DNA of 64,000 nt from an uncultured Eubacteriales bacterium. Its GTDB lineage: Bacteria > Bacillota > Clostridia > Oscillospirales > Acutalibacteraceae. The notes under the pieces are model-generated. The model was not told the DNA's origin. It was given only the letters and a program-made list of their open reading frames with translations, and made no database searches. The DNA is taken from assembly GCA_934445035.1 (NCBI GenBank), contig CAKSDI010000002.1:88997-152996 (forward strand). The letters run 5' to 3'. Both the position numbers and the translations under genes were made by a program. Shown here one piece after another: positions 15,110 through 25,771 of the stretch. The first letter of the stretch is position 1, and every line of letters begins with the position of its first letter.

Positions 15110-15942
15110 ATGAGAAAAAACTTCGGAGCAAAACCGCTTTGTTATCCGCAGCCCGTATTTATACTTGCCGCATTTGATGAATTCGGAACGCCTAACGCTA
15201 TGAACGCGGCGTGGGGAGGAATAAGCGACTCAAACGAAATATCAATGTGCATAGACAATACAATCAGGATACAACGCTTCTCATAGCGGAAAATTTGTCC
15301 GATTATATTGTCTCGTCATTTGAAATACGGCAGTATTCCTGCATTCCTCGACTTCATAATCAAAAAAATTTTCTCGCTATGAGTCGAAGATTTTGTAAGA
15401 TAACGGCGCTGTTTAGCGGCGCGGCGCCCGACCGAGGAATACTGTCGTATTGTGAGCGGAGGGCAACAAAGTTGATAAATGCGCCGTTTCTTCAAAAAAG
15501 CATTGTACCCTGATTGTATTGTCTAAGCGCTTCTCACAAGACCACGAAAAATATTTTGCTTAAAAAAGCTTTTACCGTGAGTATGGCGGACGAGGCTCAT
15601 ATTGCCGCCTGCGATTATGTGGGAATAATTTCTGGAAACAGTGAAAAGGATAAATTTAAAAAAGCGGGATTTACCGCTTTAAAATCAGAATTTGTTGACG
15701 CTCCGCTTATAAGCGAGCTTCCCGTTTCTCTTGAATGCAGGCTTAAAAGCTACGATCAAAAAACAGGCAGACTTGTAGGGGAGATCGTCAATGTAAGCGT
15801 AGACGAAAGCGTTTTGGATGAAAACGGAAAAGTGGATATAAATAAGGCAAAACCTATAACATTCGATCCTTTCAATAACACTTATGCCGTTATCGAAAAG
15901 CAGGTAGGAAAAGCTTTCAGCGACGGAAAGAAATTAAAATAG
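15110..15942 (+). pseudogene. flavin reductase-like (FMN-binding split-barrel) gene disrupted by a MITE insertion
   Basis: The N-terminal 47 codons (MRKNFGAKPLCYPQPVFILAAFDEFGTPNAMNAAWGGISDSNEISMC) hit a stop inside the insert. The C-terminal part (SASHKTTKNILLKKAF...) continues in another frame from 15526. Removing 15254-15525 restores one ORF of about 186 aa. Confidence 0.85.
15254..15523. mobile_element. 270-bp composite MITE with 15-nt terminal inverted repeats and a TA target-site duplication
   Basis: GACAATACAATCAGG (15254-15268) pairs with CCTGATTGTATTGTC (15509-15523). TA is present at 15252-15253 and 15524-15525. The first 59 bp form a complete mini-unit, and a further degenerate core lies at about 15366-15390. 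There is no transposase-sized ORF. Confidence 0.85.
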
Positions 15943-15951
15943 AATAAAAAG

Positions 15952-15978
15952 AACCGCTTTTTATAAAGCGGTTTTTTT
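15952..15978. terminator. bidirectional intrinsic terminator
   Basis: AACCGCTTT/AAAGCGGTT stem with A-run and T-run flanks. It lies between convergent genes. Confidence 0.7.
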
Positions 15979-15982
15979 ATGC

Positions 15983-18037
15983 CTATAATAAATTTCTGAA
16001 ATAGAGGCCTCTTGTGTAATCACCGTCAGGTTCCAAACCAGATCTATATTTACGCACTGTTACTTCTATTTCTTTTTTGCTCTCTTTTTCAAAGCTTAAA
16101 AGAAGATATTTAACATTTAATTCATTTAACCTATCGGCAAGATAAGTGACTTTCGAATTTAATATCTCACAGTATCCGTTTTTACAGCAAACGGGAAAGC
16201 TTATTCCCATTCTGTCTTTTACAGCTCCGCTTTTTTTGCAAATGGAGCATTCGGTGGAATTATTTACAGGGCAGTTTGCCGTTATCATCAAGGGCAGCCT
16301 GCCGTAAGCAAAGCAACCTAAGTTTTCGCTCTTTAAAAGAGGAATTTCTTCAGCCTGGATTTCTGCGGAAACGAAAGTGATACTAACGCCTGACTTTTCA
16401 AACTCTCTTACCGACTCATAATTGCAGATATTAAGCGCAGGTGCGCCTATCGGTATAAGCCCTGCTTTCTTTGATAAAGCTATTGCTGAAAGCTCCGAGC
16501 AAAACGCATATGAAAATCCGACACTTTTCATATTTTTCAATTCATTTAATACTGCATTTTCGTCAGTTATAAGCCTTGGAATTTCGGCTATTAGCTTTGT
16601 GTTCGGATAAAATCTTTCCGGTCTGCTTTTAAGCGGAAGAATTATTCCGAAAACATCATCGGTGTTATCAGGAATACGCTTAGAATCAGGAATTTTAAGT
16701 ATAATTTCCTTATTTATGTTATTGTTTTTAACAACGGTTTTATCATAATTATAAACCACATTTACAACATTCTTTTTATCTTGTATTCTTTTTTTGCTTA
16801 AGCTTTCGCAAAGATTTCTTCTGATCTCGTTCAGATCTTTGCTCGGAATAAAAATATTTTCTTCGATTTTAATGTCCGAATTGTTTAAAAAGTAGGGCGT
16901 GGAACCGAGCTTTTTAAAGCTCTCTTCAATATCCGAAACAGTCAGCGCTTTGTTTATTGCTTTTTGCGGAGCAGGCCCTGACTTTGTCACGGTGAATTTT
17001 CCGTCTGTCATAGAACTTTCGCAGGGCTTATCGGCTGCGGCTTTAAAAGTGATATTTACAGGAACTGAATTTCTCTCTTTTCTGTAAAGTCCGTGAATTT
17101 TTTTAATTGCCTCCGAGGAAGAGATTACATCTTCCTTAGTTCTTATTCCGAACATCTCTTTTCCTTTTTCGCCTTTAAAATATCCGTCGGTAAAGCCCGA
17201 GCGCGAAAATATTTTTTTAAGGTCGCACTCTAGCTCTTTATCGCAGCCGCCGTCCGCTCTCGTTCTGCAAACCGCCGTTGCCGCGGCGACATATTCCGGC
17301 CTTTTCATTCTGCCCTCTATTTTAAGGGAGCTGACTCCCATTTCGCTTAATTCCCCGATATGGTCTATAAGGCTCAGGTCTTTAAGACTCAGATCGTGCC
17401 TTGATCTATCATCGGAAGCTGAAAACGGAAGTCTGCAGGGGCCTGCGCAAAGTCCTCTGTTGCCGCTTCTTCCTCCGAGCATAGAAGACATCAGGCATTG
17501 CCCGGAAACACTCATACACAGAGCGCCGTGGACAAATACTTCTGTTTCAATACCAAGCTCGTCTGCTTTTTTGCAGAATTCGGCAAGGTCTTCTTTACTC
17601 ATTTCTCTTGCCGCAACGACCCTTTTAAAGCCTTTTTCTTTTAATATTTCAAGAGCGGCAGGGGAGTGGACCGACAGCTGAGTTGAAGCGTGAAGCTCAA
17701 ATCCGGGGATCTCTTTTCTTAAAATACCCGCGAGTCCGAGATCGGAGATGATAAGTGCGTCTGCCCCGAATTCATAGGCTTTCTTTGCCGTGTCAAATGC
17801 CGAAGACAATTCTTTTGATTTTATCATTGTGTTGAGAGTCAGATAAACTTTCACATTTCTTTCGTGGCAGTAGTCAATAGCTTTTTCAAGCTGAAAATCG
17901 TCAAAGTTATCCGCATTTCTTCTTGCGCTGAAATCTTTAGCACCGAGATATACCGCGTCTGCTCCGCTGAGTACCGCCGCGGCAAGGCTTTCTTCGGAGC
18001 CTGCCGGAGAAAGCACTTCGGGTCTTTTTTTTAACAT
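15983..18037 (-). CDS. U32 family peptidase (long form with a C-terminal extension)
   Basis: N-terminus PEVLSPAGSEESLAAAVLSGADAVYLGAKDFSARR and the E-x-F-x-HGALC motif (EVFVHGALCMSVSGQC) are characteristic of U32/PrtC-like proteins. Confidence 0.85.
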   Translation of the reverse strand: MLKKRPEVLSPAGSEESLAAAVLSGADAVYLGAKDFSARRNADNFDDFQLEKAIDYCHERNVKVYLTLNTMIKSKELSSAFDTAKKAYEFGADALIISDLGLAGILRKEIPGFELHASTQLSVHSPAALEILKEKGFKRVVAAREMSKEDLAEFCKKADELGIETEVFVHGALCMSVSGQCLMSSMLGGRSGNRGLCAGPCRLPFSASDDRSRHDLSLKDLSLIDHIGELSEMGVSSLKIEGRMKRPEYVAAATAVCRTRADGGCDKELECDLKKIFSRSGFTDGYFKGEKGKEMFGIRTKEDVISSSEAIKKIHGLYRKERNSVPVNITFKAAADKPCESSMTDGKFTVTKSGPAPQKAINKALTVSDIEESFKKLGSTPYFLNNSDIKIEENIFIPSKDLNEIRRNLCESLSKKRIQDKKNVVNVVYNYDKTVVKNNNINKEIILKIPDSKRIPDNTDDVFGIILPLKSRPERFYPNTKLIAEIPRLITDENAVLNELKNMKSVGFSYAFCSELSAIALSKKAGLIPIGAPALNICNYESVREFEKSGVSITFVSAEIQAEEIPLLKSENLGCFAYGRLPLMITANCPVNNSTECSICKKSGAVKDRMGISFPVCCKNGYCEILNSKVTYLADRLNELNVKYLLLSFEKESKKEIEVTVRKYRSGLEPDGDYTRGLYFRNLL

Positions 18038-18114
18038 TTTAACCCTCCGTAAGGATTTTTTCTGATTATAACATATTTTGCTTTATAAAACAATTTAAAT
18101 TTGCAAAAAAATCC

Positions 18115-18143
18115 TTGACAGGGAGGTTTGTTTGCGGTATAAT
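18115..18143 (+). promoter_or_regulatory. consensus sigma-A promoter for rpoBC
   Basis: TTGACA (18115-18120), 17 nt, TATAAT (18138-18143). It lies about 175 nt upstream of rpoB. Confidence 0.7.
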
Positions 18144-18319
18144 ATTAAATCACTAATGATGATGGGGGATTTTGCGCCTTTTTTCAGGAAACGGGCATAT
18201 TTTTGCCTGATTTTCAGGCCTTTATTTCTTTTATTATTAAGGATTTGAGCAGGAGCGCGCATTCGCTTTAAAATTCACGCTCGCTGTGTAAAAATTTATT
18301 TAGGAGTGATCGTTAACCT

Positions 18320-21300
18320 ATGGAGCCAAGTGCAATGGTGAAAGAAGTCCAAATGGGTAAAAACACTCGTATGACCTTTTCAAAGATCAATGAAGTTATC
18401 GATATGCCTAACCTCATTGAGATCCAAAAGGATTCGTACAATTGGTTTATAACCGAGGGCCTTCGGGAAGTTTTTAAGGATATGTCATCGATTACCGATT
18501 ACAGCGGTAATTTAGAGCTTAGCTTTATCGATTACAGGATCGATGAGCAGCCGAAGTATGATGTTACCGAATGTAAATCCCGCGATACCACATATGCCGC
18601 ACCCTTGAGAGTTACAGCCCGCCTTTTCAATAAAGAAACGGGCGAGATCAAGGAAAGCGAAGTGTTTATGGGTGATTTCCCACTTATGACAGAGGCAGGC
18701 ACTTTTGTTATAAACGGTGCCGAAAGAGCGGTAGTTTCACAGCTCGTTCGTTCGCCCGGAGTATACTATGCGGTAAAAGCCGATGAAAAGACCGGCGCAA
18801 AGCTTTTTTCTTCAACTATCATTCCTAACCGCGGTGCGTGGCTTGAATACGAAACTGCCGTTAACGAGGTTTTGTATGTTCGTATAGATAAGAATAAAAA
18901 GCTCCCGATCACTACATTTATCCGCGCTCTCGGAATTGCTACAAATAATGAAATAAGAGAGCTTTTAGGAGCGGACGAGCGGTTAGACGCTACTTTGAAT
19001 ATCGATGAAACCAAAACCGTCGAAGAGGCTCTTATAGAAGTTTATAAAAAGCTTCGCCCGAGCGAGCCTGTTACCATTGACGGCGCTAAGGCTTATCTTG
19101 AGCAGCTGTTCTTTGATGTTCACCGCTATGATCTTTCAAGAGTAGGAAGATATAAATATAATAAGAAATTGAGCCTCGGTGCAAGACTTCGCGGCAAAGT
19201 ATTGTCACGCCCGGTCGTAGATCCTATGACAGGCGAAGTTTTAGCCGAGCCCGATACCACCGTTTCAAAAGACCTTGCGTCTTTGATAGAGAAAAAAGGC
19301 GTTCGCGAAGCGTATGTCAATGTTACCGACCTTGAAGGAAAGGTAACGGAAGTCAAGATCCTTTCAAACGGAATGGTAGACCTTAAAGACTTTACCGATT
19401 TTACCGAAGAAGAGCTTGAAAAGCTTGACTATGAGGGAATCAATGAAAAGGTAAGCTTTGAGGTATTAAAAGAACTCTTAGAAGAAAATAAGACAAAAGA
19501 AGATCTTTATGACGCGCTTTTGGAAAATGCAGACGCACTTATTCCGAAACACATCGTTTATGATGATATCTTTGCTTCTATCAACTATTTCCTCGGTCTT
19601 ACTAAAGATGTAGGAAATGTTGACGATATCGACCATTTGGGCAACCGCCGAATTCGTTCGGTAGGCGAGCTTTTGCAGAATCAGTTCCGCATAGGCTTTA
19701 CAAGAATGGAAAGAGTCGTAAGAGAAAAAATGACTCTTATGTCACAGGACAGCGAGAATATCACCCCGCAGTCACTTATTAATATAAGACCCGTTGTTGC
19801 GGCTATCAAAGAGTTTTTCGGTTCTTCTCCGCTTTCACAGTTTATGGACCAGACCAATCCTCTTTCAGAGCTTACGCACAAGCGCCGTCTTTCTGCATTA
19901 GGCCCCGGCGGTCTTTCGCGTGACCGCGCGTCTTTCGAGGTTCGTGACGTTCACTATACTCACTACGGCCGTATGTGCCCGATCGAAACTCCTGAAGGTC
20001 CTAACATCGGACTTATCTCTTATCTTGCAACCTATGCTAAGATCAATAAATACGGATTTATCGAGGCTCCTTTCCGCCATGTAAAAGACGGAAAAGTTCT
20101 TGATGAAGTTGTTTATATGACAGCCGATGAGGAAGACGATTATATTGTTGCCCAGGCAAACGAGCCTTTGGATGAAAACGGATATTTCGTTCATAAAAAG
20201 GTCAATGCGCGTTATCGTGACGGCTTCAGAGAAGTAGAAGCCAAGCGCGCAGAATTTATGGATGTTTCGCCGAAAATGGTCGTTTCCGTTGCAACGGCGA
20301 TGATCCCGTTCCTTGAAAACGACGATACAAACCGTGCGCTTATGGGATCGAACATGCAGAAGCAGGCTGTTCCGCTTTTAAAACCCGAAAACCCGATCGT
20401 CGCGACAGGTATGGAATATAAAGCGGCTGTTGATTCCGGTGTTGTTGTTCTTGCAAAGCGTGCAGGTACAGTTTCGTATGTAAGCGCAGATATTATTAAA
20501 ATTCGTGCTAAAAACGGCGAGATCGATGAATATAAGCTTATAAAATTCCTCCGTTCCAACCACGGAACCTGTATCAACCAGCGCCCGATCGTAAGCGTTG
20601 GTCAGAAGATAGAGGAAAAAGAAGTTATTGCCGACGGTCCTGCAACAAGCAACGGCGAAATTTCTCTCGGAAGAAACGCGCTTATCGGATTTATGACCTG
20701 GGAGGGTTATAACTACGAGGACGCCGTTCTTCTTAACGAGCGCTTAGTAAGAGATGATGTTTATACATCTATTCATATAGAAGAATATGATGTTGAATGC
20801 CGCGATACAAAGCTCGGCCCCGAAGAGATCACACGCGATATTCCGAATGTCGGAGAAGACGCGCTTAAGGATCTTGATGAAAACGGTATTATCCGCGTCG
20901 GCGCTGATGTAACCGCAGGCGATATCCTTGTAGGTAAGGTCACACCTAAGGGTGAAACCGATCTTACCGCCGAAGAAAGACTTCTCCGCGCTATATTCGG
21001 AGATAAGGCACGCGAGGTAAGAGATACATCTTTGCGCGTTCCGCACGGCGAATACGGCACGATAGTTGATGTTAAAGTATTTACCCGTGAAAATTCTTCC
21101 GAATTAAGCCCCGGAGTAAATGTTATAGTCCGCTGCTATATAGCACAGAAGAGAAAGATCTCCGTCGGAGATAAAATGGCGGGCCGCCACGGAAATAAGG
21201 GTGTTGTTTCGAGAATTCTTCCGAGCGAAGATATGCCTTTCTTACCCGATGGCACTCCGCTTGATATAGTTTTAAACCCACTCGGCGTTCCTTCCCGAAT

Positions 21301-22036
21301 GAATATCGGTCAGGTACTTGAAGTTCACTTAGGATATGCCGCAAAGGCTTTGGGCTGGAATATCTGCACACCTGTATTTGACGGCGCTCACGAGGCGGAT
21401 ATCCGCGAATGCTTTAAAATGGCAGGAATGCCTGAAGACGGTAAAGTCCAGCTTTACGACGGAAGAACAGGCGAGCCTTTTGATAACCGCGTAACAGTAG
21501 GTTATATGTATTATCTTAAACTTCATCACCTTGTTGACGATAAGATTCACGCCCGCTCTACAGGACCTTATTCTCTTGTTACTCAGCAGCCGCTCGGCGG
21601 TAAAGCGCAGTTCGGCGGTCAGCGTTTCGGAGAAATGGAAGTTTGGGCTCTTGAAGCTTACGGCGCAGCTTACACACTTCAGGAGATCCTCACCGTCAAG
21701 TCCGATGATGTTGTCGGCCGTGTTAAAACCTATGAGGCTATCGTTAAGGGTCAGAATGTTCCTAAAGCAGGAATCCCCGAATCGTTCAAGGTTCTTATCA
21801 AAGAGCTTCAGTCGCTCGGTCTTGATATTCGCGTTCTCAATAAAGAGGGCTTCGAAGTCGATTTAAGACAGAATTTTGACGATGACGATATAGGTCTTGC
21901 TGCTCCCGTAATTCCCGAGGGCGGATTTGATGAAGACGACGCTGTGTCCGACGGCGATATTTCGAGCGGATTCAGCTTTGAAGACGAAAACGGCGACGCT
22001 ATAATTGATGACGAAACCGTCAGCGATGAGAATTAA
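18320..22036 (+). CDS. rpoB: DNA-directed RNA polymerase subunit beta
   Basis: 1238 aa with canonical RpoB blocks ([65 protein letters not shown]). AGGAG lies 13 nt upstream of ATG 18320. An in-frame ATG at 18335 is an alternative start. Confidence 0.97.
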   Translation: MEPSAMVKEVQMGKNTRMTFSKINEVIDMPNLIEIQKDSYNWFITEGLREVFKDMSSITDYSGNLELSFIDYRIDEQPKYDVTECKSRDTTYAAPLRVTARLFNKETGEIKESEVFMGDFPLMTEAGTFVINGAERAVVSQLVRSPGVYYAVKADEKTGAKLFSSTIIPNRGAWLEYETAVNEVLYVRIDKNKKLPITTFIRALGIATNNEIRELLGADERLDATLNIDETKTVEEALIEVYKKLRPSEPVTIDGAKAYLEQLFFDVHRYDLSRVGRYKYNKKLSLGARLRGKVLSRPVVDPMTGEVLAEPDTTVSKDLASLIEKKGVREAYVNVTDLEGKVTEVKILSNGMVDLKDFTDFTEEELEKLDYEGINEKVSFEVLKELLEENKTKEDLYDALLENADALIPKHIVYDDIFASINYFLGLTKDVGNVDDIDHLGNRRIRSVGELLQNQFRIGFTRMERVVREKMTLMSQDSENITPQSLINIRPVVAAIKEFFGSSPLSQFMDQTNPLSELTHKRRLSALGPGGLSRDRASFEVRDVHYTHYGRMCPIETPEGPNIGLISYLATYAKINKYGFIEAPFRHVKDGKVLDEVVYMTADEEDDYIVAQANEPLDENGYFVHKKVNARYRDGFREVEAKRAEFMDVSPKMVVSVATAMIPFLENDDTNRALMGSNMQKQAVPLLKPENPIVATGMEYKAAVDSGVVVLAKRAGTVSYVSADIIKIRAKNGEIDEYKLIKFLRSNHGTCINQRPIVSVGQKIEEKEVIADGPATSNGEISLGRNALIGFMTWEGYNYEDAVLLNERLVRDDVYTSIHIEEYDVECRDTKLGPEEITRDIPNVGEDALKDLDENGIIRVGADVTAGDILVGKVTPKGETDLTAEERLLRAIFGDKAREVRDTSLRVPHGEYGTIVDVKVFTRENSSELSPGVNVIVRCYIAQKRKISVGDKMAGRHGNKGVVSRILPSEDMPFLPDGTPLDIVLNPLGVPSRMNIGQVLEVHLGYAAKALGWNICTPVFDGAHEADIRECFKMAGMPEDGKVQLYDGRTGEPFDNRVTVGYMYYLKLHHLVDDKIHARSTGPYSLVTQQPLGGKAQFGGQRFGEMEVWALEAYGAAYTLQEILTVKSDDVVGRVKTYEAIVKGQNVPKAGIPESFKVLIKELQSLGLDIRVLNKEGFEVDLRQNFDDDDIGLAAPVIPEGGFDEDDAVSDGDISSGFSFEDENGDAIIDDETVSDEN

Positions 22037-22051
22037 GGAGGAGCAGATATA

Positions 22052-25000
22052 ATGGCTAACGAAAACGAATTTGATTTTGAATCCGTAAAAATAGGTCTTG
22101 CCTCTCCCGAACAGATCAGAAGCTGGTCTTACGGTGAAGTCACCAAAGCGGAAACTATAAATTACCGTACTTTAAAACCTGAGATCGGAGGTCTTTTCTG
22201 TGAAAAGATCTTCGGGCCTCAGAAAGACTGGGAATGTCACTGCGGTAAATATAAAAGAATTCGCTATAAAGGCAAGGTCTGCGAGCGCTGCGGAGTTGAA
22301 GTGACCCGCGCAAAGGTCCGCAGAGAGAGAATGGGCTCTATTGAGCTTGCGGCGCCTGTTTCGCATATCTGGTATTTCAAGACTATCCCGTCAAGAATGG
22401 GTCTTGCTCTTGATATCACACAAAAAGCTCTTGAGCAGGTTCTTTATTTCTCACAGTATATAGTTACCGATCCGGGAACTACTCCTCTTGAGAAAAAACA
22501 ACTTTTAAATGAAACTCAGTATCACAATATGCGTGAAAAATATGAGGATGATTTTAAGGCTGAAATGGGAGCTGAGGCAATTAAAAAATTGCTCAGCGAA
22601 ATCGATCTTGAAAAATCCTGCGAAGAGTTAAGGAATGAACTTGAAGACGCAACAGGGCAGAAGAGAGTCCGCATATTAAAGCGCCTTGAGGTTTTGGAGG
22701 CATTCAGAGCATCGGGTAACAGACCCGAATGGATGATACTTGATGTTATCCCGGTAATTCCTCCCGATCTTCGCCCGATGGTCCAGCTTGACGGCGGCAG
22801 ATTTGCAACCTCCGATCTTAACGACCTTTACAGAAGAGTTATAAACCGTAATAACCGCTTAAAAAGACTTCTTGAATTAAGCGCTCCCGATATAATCGTC
22901 AGAAACGAAAAGCGTATGCTTCAGGAAGCGGTTGACGCTCTTATTGATAACGGCAGAAGAGGAAAACCCGTAACTGGTCCTAACAACCGCGCTCTTAAAT
23001 CCCTTTCGGATATGCTTAAGGGTAAGCAGGGAAGATTCCGTCAGAACTTGCTCGGTAAGCGTGTTGACTATTCGGGCCGTTCGGTTATCGTCGTAGGTCC
23101 TGAACTTAAAATGTATCAGTGCGGTCTTCCTAAAGAAATGGCTCTTGAGCTGTTTAAGCCTTTTGTTATGAAAAGACTTGTTGAGACCAAAGCTGTTACG
23201 AATATAAAATCAGCGAGAAAAATGGTTGAGCGCGCGTCTACCGAGATATGGGACGCTTTGGAGCTCGTTATTAAAGAACATCCCGTTCTGCTTAACCGTG
23301 CGCCTACGCTTCACCGCCTCGGTATCCAGGCATTCGAGCCTGTGCTCGTAGAAGGTAAAGCATTAAAGCTTCATCCGCTCGTTTGTACCGCTTATAACGC
23401 GGACTTCGACGGTGACCAGATGGCTGTACATGTTCCGCTTTCTGCGGAAGCTCAGGCAGAGGCAAGATTTTTAATGCTCGCCGCTAATAACCTGCTTAAA
23501 CCGTCAGACGGTAAGCCGGTTGCCGTTCCTACACAGGATATGGTACTCGGATCTTACTATCTCACACTTGTAAAATCCGAAGAGCCGGGAGCAAATAAGG
23601 TCTTCCGTGATAAAAATGAGGCTATTATGGCTTATGAAGACGGAATTATCGGTCTTCACGCTCCTATCAGAGTCCGTTTTACAAATGAAAACGGAAAAAG
23701 CGGCCTTGTTTGGTGTACAGTTGGATTTATCATATTCAATGAATCAATTCCCCAGGATCTCGGTTTTGTGGACAGAACCGATCCTGCTCACGAGCTTGAT
23801 CTTGAATGGACTTATACAGTCAAGGATCCGAGCAAGCTTTTGATTGAAAGCAACGACGATGTTATTCAGAACAAAGTCGGCAAAAAACAGCTCGGAATTA
23901 TAATTGACAGATGTATCGATAAATACGGCACAAGCAGATCTTCTATAGTGCTTGACAATATCAAGGCGACAGGATTTAAGTATTCCACTAAGGGTGCTAT
24001 CACCGTTGCAGTTATAGATGCGGTCATTCCGCCTGCCAAGAAAGACATTCTTGCGGCAGCGGAAAAGGAAATTGACGAGGTTTCCAAGAACTACCGCAGA
24101 GGTCTTATCAGTAATGATGAGCGCAGCCGCCATGTTATAGATATCTGGAACAAAGCAACTGAAGATGTTGCCGACGCTCTTAAGGGCAACCTTGATGAAT
24201 TTAACCCGATATTTATGATGGCAGACTCCGGTGCCCGTGGTTCTATGAGCCAGATAAGACAGCTTGCCGGAATGCGCGGACTTATCGCTAATACAGCCGG
24301 TAAGGTCATAGAAGTTCCGATAAGAGCTAACTACCGTGAGGGACTTAATGTTCTCGAATACTTCATTTCTTCCCGCGGTGCCCGTAAAGGACTTGCCGAT
24401 ACGGCGCTTCGAACTGCCGACTCCGGTTATCTTACAAGAAGACTTGTTGATGTTTCACAGGATGTTATCGTCAGAGAAAACGACTGCGGAACGGAAGAGG
24501 GACTTCTCGTTTCCGATATCAAAGACGGAAATCATATCCTCGAAACTCTTGAAGAAAGACTTATCGGCAGATTCTTGCTTCATCCCGCTGTTTCTCCCGA
24601 AACAGGCGAAGTTATCTGTGACAACGATCATATGATGACTAAGGAAGACGCGAAGAGAATTGTCGACGCAGGAATTAAAGAGATCGAGATCCGCTCAATT
24701 CTTACCTGCCACAGCCACCACGGCGTGTGTCAGAAGTGCTATGGTTCTAACCTTGCTACAAATAAACCTGTTACTGTCGGCGAGGCAGTCGGTATAGTTG
24801 CGGCTCAGTCTATAGGCGAGCCGGGTACACAGCTTACTATGAGAACATTCCATACCGGCGGTATCGCTTCTACAGAAGATATCACACAGGGTCTTCCGAG
24901 AGTTGAAGAACTGTTCGAGGCAAGAAGACCTAAGCGCTGCGGTCTTATCGCTAAAATTTCCGGAAGAGTCCGTCTTGTTGAAGAGAAAAAGAGCAATGTA

Positions 25001-25669
25001 ATCGTTATAAATAACGAAGAAACTATGGAAGAAGAAAAGATCGTTATTCCGTATGGCTCTAGAACTCTTGTTAACGACGGCGATTATGTCGAGGCAGGTC
25101 AGCTTCTCGTTCCCGGCGCTAAATATCCGCAGGATATCTTAGAGGCTCAGGGCCCGCAGGCTGTTCAGGAATATATCATTGCCGAAATTCAGAATGCTTA
25201 CCGCACACAGGGTGTTGATATCAATGATAAACACATTGAGATCATTGTCCGCCAGATGATGCGCAAGCTTAAGATAACAGATCCGGGCAGCACCGATCTT
25301 ATTCAGAATGTAAGCTATGAATATAAAGAAATAGCCGAGGCAAATGCCAAGATCAAGGAAAGAATTGAAGCAGGTGAAGAGAATTTGAGCCTTGCTCAGT
25401 ACAGAGCTACGCTCCTCGGAATCACTAAGGCTTCTCTCGCAACCGAATCCTTTATGTCCGCCGCTTCTTTCCAGGAAACCACCAAGGTTCTCACAGAGGC
25501 TGCTATTAAAGGAAAGGTCGATCCGCTGTTCGGTCTTAAAGAAAATGTTATTATCGGTCAGCTTATCCCTGCAGGTACAGGTATGCGCTGCCCCGAAATA
25601 AATCCCGAGGACAGCTGCGATTGCTGCCACGGCGAAGAGATTTCACCTGATACGGAAATTTCTGATTAA
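22052..25669 (+). CDS. rpoC: DNA-directed RNA polymerase subunit beta'
   Basis: 1205 aa. Zn-binding [20 protein letters not shown] and catalytic NADFDGDQM are present. AAGGAGG RBS. Confidence 0.97.
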   Translation: MANENEFDFESVKIGLASPEQIRSWSYGEVTKAETINYRTLKPEIGGLFCEKIFGPQKDWECHCGKYKRIRYKGKVCERCGVEVTRAKVRRERMGSIELAAPVSHIWYFKTIPSRMGLALDITQKALEQVLYFSQYIVTDPGTTPLEKKQLLNETQYHNMREKYEDDFKAEMGAEAIKKLLSEIDLEKSCEELRNELEDATGQKRVRILKRLEVLEAFRASGNRPEWMILDVIPVIPPDLRPMVQLDGGRFATSDLNDLYRRVINRNNRLKRLLELSAPDIIVRNEKRMLQEAVDALIDNGRRGKPVTGPNNRALKSLSDMLKGKQGRFRQNLLGKRVDYSGRSVIVVGPELKMYQCGLPKEMALELFKPFVMKRLVETKAVTNIKSARKMVERASTEIWDALELVIKEHPVLLNRAPTLHRLGIQAFEPVLVEGKALKLHPLVCTAYNADFDGDQMAVHVPLSAEAQAEARFLMLAANNLLKPSDGKPVAVPTQDMVLGSYYLTLVKSEEPGANKVFRDKNEAIMAYEDGIIGLHAPIRVRFTNENGKSGLVWCTVGFIIFNESIPQDLGFVDRTDPAHELDLEWTYTVKDPSKLLIESNDDVIQNKVGKKQLGIIIDRCIDKYGTSRSSIVLDNIKATGFKYSTKGAITVAVIDAVIPPAKKDILAAAEKEIDEVSKNYRRGLISNDERSRHVIDIWNKATEDVADALKGNLDEFNPIFMMADSGARGSMSQIRQLAGMRGLIANTAGKVIEVPIRANYREGLNVLEYFISSRGARKGLADTALRTADSGYLTRRLVDVSQDVIVRENDCGTEEGLLVSDIKDGNHILETLEERLIGRFLLHPAVSPETGEVICDNDHMMTKEDAKRIVDAGIKEIEIRSILTCHSHHGVCQKCYGSNLATNKPVTVGEAVGIVAAQSIGEPGTQLTMRTFHTGGIASTEDITQGLPRVEELFEARRPKRCGLIAKISGRVRLVEEKKSNVIVINNEETMEEEKIVIPYGSRTLVNDGDYVEAGQLLVPGAKYPQDILEAQGPQAVQEYIIAEIQNAYRTQGVDINDKHIEIIVRQMMRKLKITDPGSTDLIQNVSYEYKEIAEANAKIKERIEAGEENLSLAQYRATLLGITKASLATESFMSAASFQETTKVLTEAAIKGKVDPLFGLKENVIIGQLIPAGTGMRCPEINPEDSCDCCHGEEISPDTEISD

Positions 25670-25670
25670 T

Positions 25671-25707
25671 AATCAAGTCGGCTGATTTCAGCCGACTTGA
25701 TTTTTTT
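25671..25707 (+). terminator. intrinsic terminator after rpoC
   Basis: AATCAAGTCGGC/GCCGACTTGATT stem followed by TTTTTTT. Confidence 0.85.
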
Positions 25708-25771
25708 AACTTGAAAATACAAAAAAGATATGTTAAAATTCTTTAAGAGAGTTTTTGCGGAGGATATGGCT

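Noticed and set aside
15211-15513. A 100-aa ORF spanning the MITE, considered as a possible transposase.
   Set aside because: It starts inside the host gene upstream of the insertion point, is far too short, and has no DDE/D-like features. It is a fusion artefact of the insertion.
21880-25669. The acidic C-terminal tail of RpoB and the Cys/His-containing tail of RpoC ([17 protein letters not shown]).
   Set aside because: Lineage-specific tails on RNA polymerase subunits are common, and nothing here can be tied to a function from sequence alone.
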